Origin: a virus
Virus record (IMG/VR): IMGVR_UViG_3300021430_000595
Direction: 5' to 3' (one strand)
DNA length: 64,000 nucleotides
In this document: piece by piece, positions 20,004 through 27,970 of the stretch
Numbering within the stretch: position 1 is the stretch's first letter
Layout of the letters: each line of letters starts with the position of its first letter
Notes under the pieces: generated by a model
What the model was told of the DNA's origin: nothing
Databases searched by the model: none
The model's input: the letters and a program-made list of their open reading frames with translations, nothing else
Program-made: the position numbers and the translations under genes

Positions 20004-20599
20004 TACCGGAAAATGAGCGAGTGAGTTTTCATTTTTGGATTGAATTTTAGAAGTAACTCAACTCGTAGCCGGTAAAAGATTTTAAGATGGTAATTATTTG
20101 TCTAAAATAAAATCCCTTTTGAGGATTCTATAGGATTCGAACCTATTATAACCATAGAAGTAAGACAAAATGTAGCCATCAAATATTTTAATATTCAAAG
20201 AACTAAAGTAAATGGAAATCGTGTCAGTGATGTTTCAGTAAAAGTGAAGTTTAGAAGTAACTGAACACATAGCCATTAAGTTTTTTAAAGTGGAAAGTCC
20301 ATAACTAATTGATGTTTTCGGAATCATAGAAGTAAGTTACATGGATAGCCACCCAATAAGGTGGACGGAAAGAGTATGAGTAATAAACATCCAATTGTTG
20401 ATAGAAGTAACTACATACATAGCCGTCAAATGAGTTTATGTGGAGATTGTGTGTCTAACGTTGTATCTGATAGTTGTATGTTAGAAGTAAGACCCTTGCA
20501 CCGATACTTTTGTCAATTCTAAGACCCAAAACAGAACCACTCCGTGGTTTAGTGTGATGGGTGGTAGACTATCCTCTCGGTGACTCACATAGCCACATA
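20004..20599 (-). ncRNA. Array of six related stem-loop RNAs: 20004-20074, 20086-20180, 20211-20277, 20290-20352, 20364-20427, 20437-20599
   Basis: Each has a closing helix, GGCTA, bulged helix, invariant TTACTTCTA and variable distal domain; helices covary. Confidence 0.85.
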
Positions 20600-20629
20600 T
20601 AATATTTTCAAAGAACTTAATGGGTGATG

Positions 20630-22702
20630 TTACACACCCATTAATTTTCCTGTTTCTTCATAAGAGTAACAGAAGTCCTCGTACTTGAAGAATGTGTCAA
20701 CATTCTCGTCAAGAGTAACTTGTTTACCACGACCTTCTACGTGTAGAAGAACAAGGTCATACACACTTACTTTCGGTAACTCAGCGTATTGTTGAATTGC
20801 TTTAAGAGTGTTTTTAAAGTCACTTCTTGCGGTTACGAAACCATCAGAATCAATATCCAACATGATGTACTCCTTAGTCACCAAATCAATAATCGCGATT
20901 AACGTATTAGTTGATTTAGATTCCAATGATTGACAATTTGAAATTGTCTCAGGTAACCATGTTTTGTTTGACTCAGGATGTTCTCTCTCCATGATACCGA
21001 AAGATGTTTCAAGTGTATCCAAACCACGACCATTGAAGTTTCTCACGTCAATAACTGCATATTTGTAACCATTCTTCAACGCATCTTGGATATCGATGTC
21101 GATATACTCAGCACAAGGTCCTTTTCTGTGTCTCACATCACCTGAGTGAACCGATTTACCAACTCTCAAGTTACTGAAAGAAAGTACATCACTTCTTTTC
21201 TCACCAACAAAGGTAACACTCAAATCTAAGTCTTCAGAACCTCTTTCGTCCATCCAATGAACAAACGGTCTGATTACTTTTGCATCAGGGTTGTCAAGTG
21301 GAACTCTTTGACCTCTGATTGTAGGTTTAGTCGAGAAGTTCATACTTCTCATGTTGGTTGGTAGAGGTATTTTTTTCAATTCCTCATCAATCCAACAGTT
21401 ACCCAATGATTCCAATACTGAAAACTTTTCTCTAAGAGTTTCAAACAACTTAGAGTGGATAGTTTCAACAATTTGTTTTGGAATTGCTGGTAGGTTAGGT
21501 AACTCGGTACGTTTTCTCGCCCCTTTAATCATAATTGACCTATTTGTTTTAGGTTCAGTACGACCTTCAAAGTGTGAGTAAACTTCAAACAATACTTTGT
21601 TTGATGTACCTTTTACCGCCTCACCGAAGTACTTCATGATAAGTTCAATATCTTTTGGATATGTACGAACCAACCAATCAATTCTACGTGAGAATTCACC
21701 CGGTTTTTGAGATAAAACTCTCAAACCATTCTCCAAACCTTTTTTGAATGATTCATTAAGTAAACCATACCAAGAAGTAACCTTCTCGTTACGAATCTTA
21801 TTGAACGCCACATAAGATTTAGGGAATTGATTTTTATATTCACCCGGGTGTAAAATTTCACCCAAACGAACCCATCTTTGGTCTCTTAAAACCATTTCAC
21901 GAGCATCACAGTTGGTTTGTTCAAGTAAACCTAAAATGTATTTTCTTTCTTTACGAGAGAATTTTTTGAATTTGAATTTCTCTCTTTCAGGATTCGTACT
22001 TGTACGAGATGACCATCTGTTCATCCTAACTTCTTTTTGAGGGACTTTAGGTAAAGAGATATCACCACCTGAAAGGTGAACTGCAATTCTCAACACATCG
22101 GTTGTGGTTTTAACAGGTAATCCTTCGATACCCATTGCAGCCAATGTACACAAGTTTTCTTTGAATGGAATTGATTCCGGGAAAACAAGTTTATCACCAC
22201 TGTTCACAAACCATTTAACAATCTCAAGGTCTTGAGGTGTTAATGATGTGTTGATTGACACCAAATCAGTGAAGATTTTTGAGAATCTTTCTGATGTACC
22301 ATACTTAATCAAATTGTATTTGATTTTCTCGAACTTAATGTCCTTTTCGTATGTGTGGGTTGATGGTTCCCATTGACCGTTACTCCAATAGTGCATGATT
22401 GCGTTCATGTACAACTCAAAGTCCGACATCACCATAACTTCTTGTGGGAAGTTTTTATATAATGGTTGGTAATTGCGTTTTCCACCCATTACATTTTTCA
22501 AATGATTCAGAACTTCGTCATTGAAGTTTTGGATAAACGATAAATCTGATTTGGATAATTCGAAGAAGGCATCTTCGTCTAACATGTATCCCCATTGCAT
22601 TAAGTGGGATTGTACTGTTGCTACCGCGATTCTATTGTCCATACCATCGTTTGGAGGACAAACTAAACCTTTTTGGAAGGCTACCAAGTTTCTTGTTGTC
22701 AT
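20630..22702 (-). CDS. 690-aa protein with helical N-region and C-terminal TerD-like domain
   Basis: FVHW..DLDLS..HSGD..AEYIDID resembles TerD fold; own promoter TACCTTTG at 22740-22747. Confidence 0.65.
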   Translation of the reverse strand: MTTRNLVAFQKGLVCPPNDGMDNRIAVATVQSHLMQWGYMLDEDAFFELSKSDLSFIQNFNDEVLNHLKNVMGGKRNYQPLYKNFPQEVMVMSDFELYMNAIMHYWSNGQWEPSTHTYEKDIKFEKIKYNLIKYGTSERFSKIFTDLVSINTSLTPQDLEIVKWFVNSGDKLVFPESIPFKENLCTLAAMGIEGLPVKTTTDVLRIAVHLSGGDISLPKVPQKEVRMNRWSSRTSTNPEREKFKFKKFSRKERKYILGLLEQTNCDAREMVLRDQRWVRLGEILHPGEYKNQFPKSYVAFNKIRNEKVTSWYGLLNESFKKGLENGLRVLSQKPGEFSRRIDWLVRTYPKDIELIMKYFGEAVKGTSNKVLFEVYSHFEGRTEPKTNRSIMIKGARKRTELPNLPAIPKQIVETIHSKLFETLREKFSVLESLGNCWIDEELKKIPLPTNMRSMNFSTKPTIRGQRVPLDNPDAKVIRPFVHWMDERGSEDLDLSVTFVGEKRSDVLSFSNLRVGKSVHSGDVRHRKGPCAEYIDIDIQDALKNGYKYAVIDVRNFNGRGLDTLETSFGIMEREHPESNKTWLPETISNCQSLESKSTNTLIAIIDLVTKEYIMLDIDSDGFVTARSDFKNTLKAIQQYAELPKVSVYDLVLLHVEGRGKQVTLDENVDTFFKYEDFCYSYEETGKLMGV

Positions 22703-22794
22703 ATCTGTCGTATTAAATTGTTTTATTAATGTAGTTGTACAAAGGTACGAAACATTTTTAAATTGTCAAGTTTTTTTTAAACTTTTTTTTTTCT

Positions 22795-22869
22795 TGGTGG
22801 CTCCGGTGGGGTTCGAACCCACGACTATCGGTTTTAGAGACCGTAATGTTACCACTACACTACGGAGCC
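22795..22869 (-). tRNA. Amber suppressor tRNA, anticodon CTA
   Basis: Cloverleaf GGCTCCG/CGGAGCC-ACCA; loop CT-CTA-AA in Trp-like arm CGGT/ACCG. Confidence 0.88.
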
Positions 22870-22871
22870 AT

Positions 22872-22945
22872 TGGAGGTCGGGGATGGATTTAAACCACCG
22901 TAAAAAAGCTTGCGGCTTTTCACCTAATCGCTCGGTCACCCGACC
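22872..22945 (-). tRNA. Atypical tRNA-Cys(GCA)
   Basis: U73-CCA; loop CC-GCA-AG lacks U33; T-loop TTTAAAT. Confidence 0.6.
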
Positions 22946-23015
22946 ATTTGTGATTGACAATATCTCTACCATCAATCACAGTACAATATTAGAGATTAGT
23001 TATGATATCTCCAAA

Positions 23016-23354
23016 TTATTTTTCAAGATTTTTTTCAAAATCTTCTTTTTTAGTTTTCTTCTTGGGTACATAACCTCTCTTAACTCGTTCTTTCTGAATT
23101 CTTTTCTTAAAACTTCTGTCCTGAAAATAATTTCGCAATTCTCTTGATGTTTCTTCGTAGGTTTTTTTAATCTCATCGAAAAGTTTCACTTTTTCTTCAT
23201 CAGTCATTTTATTTGTTCTTTTTTCTCTCATACATTCCCACCATTCATTTGAATATCGTTTGTGTTCGGTGCATTCACCTAATAACTTATGAATCTTGTT
23301 CGAGAAAGATGATTTAATCATCATTGTTGGGTTGTGTTGTGTTGTCTTTTTCAT
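23016..23354 (-). CDS. Hypothetical basic protein
   Basis: 112-aa ORF at end of operon. Confidence 0.55.
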   Translation of the reverse strand: MKKTTQHNPTMMIKSSFSNKIHKLLGECTEHKRYSNEWWECMREKRTNKMTDEEKVKLFDEIKKTYEETSRELRNYFQDRSFKKRIQKERVKRGYVPKKKTKKEDFEKNLEK

Positions 23355-23356
23355 TT

Positions 23357-23611
23357 TTAAAAAATTTTAGCTGTTATTATGTTATTATTTTCCTCAATCT
23401 CCAAATTCGCTTTGAATTTTATACTCCCCTTGGTATGAGGGTTATCGGGAGTTTCTTTTGTTGAGAATCCCACACCCGGTGAGACATCAACGTGATGAAC
23501 ATAATAAGTGTCGCCACGACATTTCACAACCCACATTGGGATTGTTGGGTCTTCTAAATGTTTCTTGTTGAAGTGAAAAATAATTTCACATTTTTTGTTA
23601 ATCTACTTCAT
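23357..23611 (-). CDS. 84-codon hypothetical protein with in-frame TAG at codon 3 (MK*INKKCEIIFHFNKKH...)
   Basis: ATG AAG TAG ATT AAC, then open to TAA 23357; fills the gap between neighbours (4 and 2 nt spacing). Confidence 0.75.
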
Positions 23612-23615
23612 GATT

Positions 23616-23975
23616 TTAAAGATTAAATTGTTTATTGTTATTATATTCCTTTAAGGATAAAGGCAATGAGGATGTGTATCTTCTCGTACTTTCAGTTTCG
23701 AGAAAACAAATTGATGTTAGTTGATTCCCGATATCGGGTTCAATAAAGTGAGACACAGGGATACCTGAATCTTCTAACTTAAAAAGTAATTCTTGTAATT
23801 TTTTTTCTGAATCGATGGATAATGAGATGAGAAAACTGTTGTTCCATCGTTTCGACAATTCGGGGTGTTCTAAAATGAACTGAGAGATTGCATGTCCCGA
23901 TTGTGCAATTTGATACCCGGGTTTTAAGTCATTGCGGGTTACGACTACGAGTCTGTTAATCTAATGTCTTTTCAT
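23616..23975 (-). CDS. PTH2-like peptidyl-tRNA hydrolase with in-frame TAG at codon 5
   Basis: MKRH*INRLVVVTRNDLKPGYQIAQSGHA...FIEPDIGNQLT; family motifs lie upstream of the called TTG start. Confidence 0.8.
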
Positions 23976-23996
23976 GATGTTATAAATATTACGGTA

Positions 23997-24004
23997 CAAA
24001 GATA
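23997..24004 (-). promoter_or_regulatory. Bacteroidota -7 promoter element TATCTTTG
   Basis: TAnnTTTG also at 22740, 29149, 29359, 32190, 43268 (-) and 59824 (+). Confidence 0.65.
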
Positions 24005-24029
24005 AAGAAAGTTTTTTAAAAAACAAGCT

Positions 24030-24470
24030 TTATACAAAATTTTTTATTTCTCTTTCAGAATCCCTCTTTTTAATTGTTTCTCTTTTATCATAGAGTTTCT
24101 TACCTCTAGCTAATGCAATTTCAACCTTAACCATACCATTATCACTAAAAAACAAACGATATGGTATGATTGTGATATTATCGGTCAACTCATCTTTTAA
24201 CTTAGTTAATTCTTTTTTAGTTAAAAGAAGTTTTCTATCTCTTGTTGGAGAATGAGAGTAATGCGAACCATCACTTTGTATATTCATGTTCTTAATGAAT
24301 AATTCATGTCCATTGAAAACACAAAACGAATCCGTTAACGATGCTTTACCGGAACGAATAGATTTAACCTCACTACCGGTTAATTGAATACCAGAAATTT
24401 CGGTTCGAATAAATGAATACTCGAACCTTGATTTCCTATTTGTAATTGTTATGTTGGTTTTTAGTTTCAT
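24030..24470 (-). CDS. smpB: SsrA-binding protein
   Basis: NRKSRFEY, GIQLTGSEVKSIR, RKLLL, ARGKKLYDKRETIK. Confidence 0.95.
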   Translation of the reverse strand: MKLKTNITITNRKSRFEYSFIRTEISGIQLTGSEVKSIRSGKASLTDSFCVFNGHELFIKNMNIQSDGSHYSHSPTRDRKLLLTKKELTKLKDELTDNITIIPYRLFFSDNGMVKVEIALARGKKLYDKRETIKKRDSEREIKNFV

Positions 24471-24931
24471 TAGATTCTAACTAAGTGGTTTGCACTATAT
24501 GTTACCATTGCACCTTCGTGTTTGTATCTTACCTTGTAACCCATACCTTCAACCAAACCAACCGCTTGTCTTAAAACTTTGTTTGATTTGTATCTTGGGT
24601 CAGGGTTCAAATCGATATCAATCCAAGTTGCTTTTGGTAAATCGTTGTTTCTTAAAAGTTCTGCAACTTCAACCGCTTTCCAAACCTCACTCATAAGTCT
24701 ATATGATGTGTCCCTCTCAAATGGGGTCGTTTCTTTTGTACAAAGTACGTGTGCGCCTTTACCTTTAGTGTACAGAGCAATAACCACCCCATAAACAGTT
24801 TTTGAATTACTGAATGATTGTGAATCTGAACCAATCAGAATCTCAACATCGGATTTATCCGCTAGGTAGTCTTTGATGTAGGTGATAACATCTGTTATCG
24901 GTTTTCCGTACAATGTTTTAAACGTTTTCAT
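24470..24931 (-). CDS. RNase H-like YkuK (DUF458) family protein
   Basis: IGSDSQ, GKGA, RLMSEV, IDIDLN. Confidence 0.75.
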   Translation of the reverse strand: MKTFKTLYGKPITDVITYIKDYLADKSDVEILIGSDSQSFSNSKTVYGVVIALYTKGKGAHVLCTKETTPFERDTSYRLMSEVWKAVEVAELLRNNDLPKATWIDIDLNPDPRYKSNKVLRQAVGLVEGMGYKVRYKHEGAMVTYSANHLVRI

Positions 24932-24962
24932 GTCATATTCTTTACAATTAATAAATACTTAT

Positions 24963-25051
24963 TGGCGGAGAGAGAGGGGCTCGAACCCTCGCGGCTGTGA
25001 CACCCTATCAGTTTAGCAAACTGACCCCTTCACCAACTTGGGTATCTCTCC
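24963..25051 (-). tRNA. tRNA-Ser(GCT)
   Basis: Cloverleaf, long variable arm, G73-CCA. Confidence 0.92.
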
Positions 25052-25226
25052 ATTGAGTTTTTCTGTACTCTTTCCAATTTCTAATTCCTCGATGCTTCTT
25101 CCAAAAGTTACATCCACTATGAGGTCCACAAATTGGACAAAGTCCCTCATAACTGTCTAACATTTGTCTCTTGAGTATTTTATACACTCTTGAGTTTGTT
25201 GTTGATTCTAGTTTTTCTTTTTTCAT
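25008..25226 (-). CDS. Small Cys/His protein overlapping tRNA-Ser, preceded by amber uORF 25270..25223
   Basis: CPICGPHSGCN; uORF MKKTYDFL*INLQEK* ends in an ATGA overlap. Confidence 0.55.
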   Translation of the reverse strand: MKKEKLESTTNSRVYKILKRQMLDSYEGLCPICGPHSGCNFWKKHRGIRNWKEYRKTQWRDTQVGEGVSLLN

Positions 25227-25287
25227 TTTTCCTGTAGATTAATCTACAAGAAGTCGTATGTTTTTTTCATAATAATAATTTTTGTTG

Positions 25288-25360
25288 TTGTCCCGCTAGG
25301 GCTCGAACCTAGACTCTTCTGAACCAAAATCAGACGTGTTGCCAGTTACACCACAGGACA
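25288..25360 (-). tRNA. tRNA-Gln(TTG)
   Basis: Cloverleaf. Confidence 0.9.
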
Positions 25361-25370
25361 ATATTATTTG

Positions 25371-25444
25371 AGCGAGTAGTCGGTCTCGAACCGACCCTAT
25401 TCCACATTGGAAGTGTGGTGCCATACCTACTAGGCGATACTCGC
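25371..25444 (-). tRNA. tRNA-Gly(TCC)
   Basis: Cloverleaf, U73. Confidence 0.9.
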
Positions 25445-25454
25445 TTATCTCTTT

Positions 25455-25856
25455 TTATTTCTTATATCTTTCTTTCCTACCTTTACCTCTTCGACCAAAA
25501 AATTCAGTTAAAGAATGACAGTTAGGACAAAGTAATTCAACGTTTGATAAATCATGATTATGTGGATTTCCATCTATATGATTAATTTGGATTGGGACAA
25601 TTCCGGTGTATTCATTTACTTTATCCCATTCACATAACATACATTTCTCACCAAATTTTTCTATCAAATATTTTTTTGTTATTTCGTGGATGGTGTCACA
25701 CCTTGTATACCTTTCAAAATTATTTTCCTCTAAAGATTTGAAAATATTTTTTCTCTGATAATCAAACTGACATTTATTGTTACAATAAACATTTCTGTTA
25801 GGTATTTCACAACCACAATTCAAACATTGTTTTTCTTTTTTTTCTCTATTTCTCAT
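25455..25856 (-). CDS. HNH endonuclease between two tRNA-Gly genes
   Basis: CMLC, HIDGN, N-VELLCPNCH. Confidence 0.85.
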   Translation of the reverse strand: MRNREKKEKQCLNCGCEIPNRNVYCNNKCQFDYQRKNIFKSLEENNFERYTRCDTIHEITKKYLIEKFGEKCMLCEWDKVNEYTGIVPIQINHIDGNPHNHDLSNVELLCPNCHSLTEFFGRRGKGRKERYKK

Positions 25857-25903
25857 TGGACGACCATTATTTAATAATAAATATTGGTTGTCCGTGAAAA
25901 GTG

Positions 25904-25975
25904 AGCGGGTAATCAGAATCGAACTGACATCCTCGGCTTGGCAAGCCGATGCACTAACCGTTGTGCTATACCCGC
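25904..25975 (-). tRNA. tRNA-Gly(GCC)
   Basis: Cloverleaf, U73. Confidence 0.9.
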
Positions 25976-26045
25976 TTGGAGTGGTCTTCCCATAACAATT
26001 TCCCTATTGGGTTTGGAGTTAAGGGTACGACCACATGTTTGGTGG

Positions 26046-26498
26046 TTATTGTTGATTTTTCTCTTGCCACTCATACGATACCGAATCTTCAATAATCGGT
26101 CCACCTTTAGCCCATGTTTTACATGTTCTAGCTGAGTGACATTTGAAATGATGCATCCAACAGTAACCCAATCTACCACTATCATCAGAAACAGGACCTG
26201 GCATACATTCGTCCATTCTAGGTGAAATATCAAATGCAACGCAGTTACCACATAGTGATTTCTTTACCGCTTCAACTGTGGTATCCCACTCATTTGCTAG
26301 ACTTTCCCAATAATCACCGGGTTCATCAATATTAAGTGGACCATATTTTATATAATCTGCTTTTATTGCTTTGTCCCTGTTATTAGTGTTCAACTCTAAG
26401 TCTTGAGTTGGTTTTGGACACTCCATTTCTTTTTCTGATAACAACCTTTTGTTTAATCTTTCAATAAGTTGTTTTTTCTTTTTAAGTTCAATTCCCAT
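26046..26498 (-). CDS. Cys-rich hypothetical protein
   Basis: CGNC..YCWMHHFKCHSARTC; TATTTAT upstream. Confidence 0.65.
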   Translation of the reverse strand: MGIELKKKKQLIERLNKRLLSEKEMECPKPTQDLELNTNNRDKAIKADYIKYGPLNIDEPGDYWESLANEWDTTVEAVKKSLCGNCVAFDISPRMDECMPGPVSDDSGRLGYCWMHHFKCHSARTCKTWAKGGPIIEDSVSYEWQEKNQQ

Positions 26499-26545
26499 AA
26501 TACTTTTATTATATAAATATTATTCGTGAATTTAAATCCTTTTTG

Positions 26546-26619
26546 TGGGCCCTCACGGGTTCGAACCGTGGACCTAATGATTATGAGTCATTTGCTCTAA
26601 CCTACTGAGCTAAGGGCCC
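26546..26619 (-). tRNA. tRNA(CAT), probably Ile2
   Basis: GGGCCCT acceptor, loop CT-CAT-AA. Confidence 0.85.
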
Positions 26620-26621
26620 GA

Positions 26622-26698
26622 TGGTAGTGGTGACGGGATTTGAACCCATAACCTTGACTGTATAAGAGTCCTGCTCTCACCAATTGAGCTACACCACC
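26622..26698 (-). tRNA. tRNA-Ile(TAT)
   Basis: Loop CT-TAT-AC; A73-CCA. Confidence 0.8.
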
Positions 26699-27240
26699 GA
26701 ATCTAAAACAAATTCTATTATCGTAAAATCCATATCTTCATCATCATAGATTTTTATGTTTTCAGGTTCGATGTTGTATGAACACATATCACAATCCCAC
26801 AATGCAAATCTTAGACCTTTCTTGAATTCGTCCATGTTTTTAATATTCAACAATCCCATGTGACATTTTAATGGGTTTGGTAAATATTTTCTATCTAACA
26901 TCTTGTTATGTTGAAGATACAACTCCCATTTTTCTTTGTCACCATTTTCATCAACACCATTCCATTCTCCACCGTGTCTTGTTGTTACATACCATTCGGT
27001 ATTCAATCTTTCATTCTCCAATGCATCTTCTTCAGATACTTCAATCACACGTCTTGATTGTAACATATCTGTCGATAGGGTTGGTAAAAAATGATTAACA
27101 ATTTCCAAACCAACGTAGTATCCAAGTTGAAATCCTGTACTTATATTTTTCTTTCGTTCAATTTTTTCTTGTTTCCTTTTCTCCCTCATTTCGGGTGTTA
27201 TAGAATCAAGTAAGTCTTGAATTTTTTTATTTCTTGTCAT
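26689..27240 (-). CDS. Hypothetical protein
   Basis: 183 aa; TAG stop lies inside tRNA-Ile(TAT). Confidence 0.6.
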   Translation of the reverse strand: MTRNKKIQDLLDSITPEMREKRKQEKIERKKNISTGFQLGYYVGLEIVNHFLPTLSTDMLQSRRVIEVSEEDALENERLNTEWYVTTRHGGEWNGVDENGDKEKWELYLQHNKMLDRKYLPNPLKCHMGLLNIKNMDEFKKGLRFALWDCDMCSYNIEPENIKIYDDEDMDFTIIEFVLDSVV

Positions 27241-27255
27241 TGTGTCTTTTTTTTG

Positions 27256-27338
27256 TGGTGCCGGTAGGACTCGAACCTACAAGCCAATAAAGGACCTGAT
27301 TTACAGTCAGGCGAGCCAACCAATTGCTCAACGACACC
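27256..27338 (-). tRNA. tRNA-Tyr(GTA)
   Basis: Cloverleaf, long variable arm. Confidence 0.9.
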
Positions 27339-27347
27339 ATTTTTTTG

Positions 27348-27427
27348 TACCTCGGGTCGGACTCGAACCGACACGTCTCTCGACACGGTTTCTAAGACCG
27401 CTGTGTATACCATTCCACCACCAAGGC
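27348..27427 (-). tRNA. tRNA-Leu(TAG)
   Basis: Cloverleaf. Confidence 0.9.
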
Positions 27428-27435
27428 ATTTTTTG

Positions 27436-27519
27436 CTGACACGGTAGGATTCGAACCTACGATGTGGTTACCCAGTCAGGTTAACAGCCTGATGCTCTCG
27501 GCCTCTAAGCGACGTGTCA
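27436..27519 (-). tRNA. tRNA-Asn(GTT) with long variable arm
   Basis: TCAGG-CTGTTAA-CCTGA, G73, about 15-nt variable region. Confidence 0.85.
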
Positions 27520-27576
27520 AGTTTGTGTGTCTTCCCACACCTCCAGATTGTTCCCCTCACCACTCTAATTTCTTAG

Positions 27577-27894
27577 TGTAGGAATCGAACCTACATGGGC
27601 GACTTACCATAACCTCAATCAACGAGTGGACTCGAACCACATTCGTAGTTGGGAGAGGATTCGAACCTCTTCAGGGAGCTACCCGTCATCCATGACCTTC
27701 CATCGGACTCGAACCGACCTTCTACCATAGCCCAACTATGTACAGGACTCTCCCTGTTTGTCACCCTCCACTGTTTCGTGCACATTTCGGTCGCAGACAG
27801 GTCACCACCGTATCGTAGTCAGAACAGGAATTGAACCTTAATCTCCCTCCCCTGTCGACCCATCGACCCACGGACTCGAACCGTGTTAACGACT
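27577..27894 (-). ncRNA. Three tandem tRNA-like elements, each with two T-arm hairpins
   Basis: Six GG-TTCRANT-CC hairpins; acceptor-like TAGTTGGG/CCCAACTA at 27646-27738. Confidence 0.55.
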
Positions 27895-27897
27895 TAG

Positions 27898-27970
27898 TAG
27901 AGTAGACAGGACTCGAACCTGCACGCACTTGCTCCCAAAGCAAGGGACCTACCAATTGGTCAACTACTCT
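27898..27970 (-). tRNA. tRNA-Pro(TGG)
   Basis: CTTGC-TTTGGGA-GCAAG. Confidence 0.85.

Noticed and set aside
19922-20599. CRISPR array (recurring TAGAAGTAA...TAGCC)
   Set aside because: Constant parts are only 9 and 5 nt, spacing is irregular, intervening sequences pair with their flanks, and no cas genes are in the window
19922-20599. Known self-cleaving ribozymes (hammerhead, hairpin, twister)
   Set aside because: Catalytic core consensus not found by eye on either strand; an Rfam scan is still advisable
23616-23858. 80-aa ORF with TTG start
   Set aside because: Lacks the PTH2 N-terminal motifs present in frame upstream; replaced by 23975..23616
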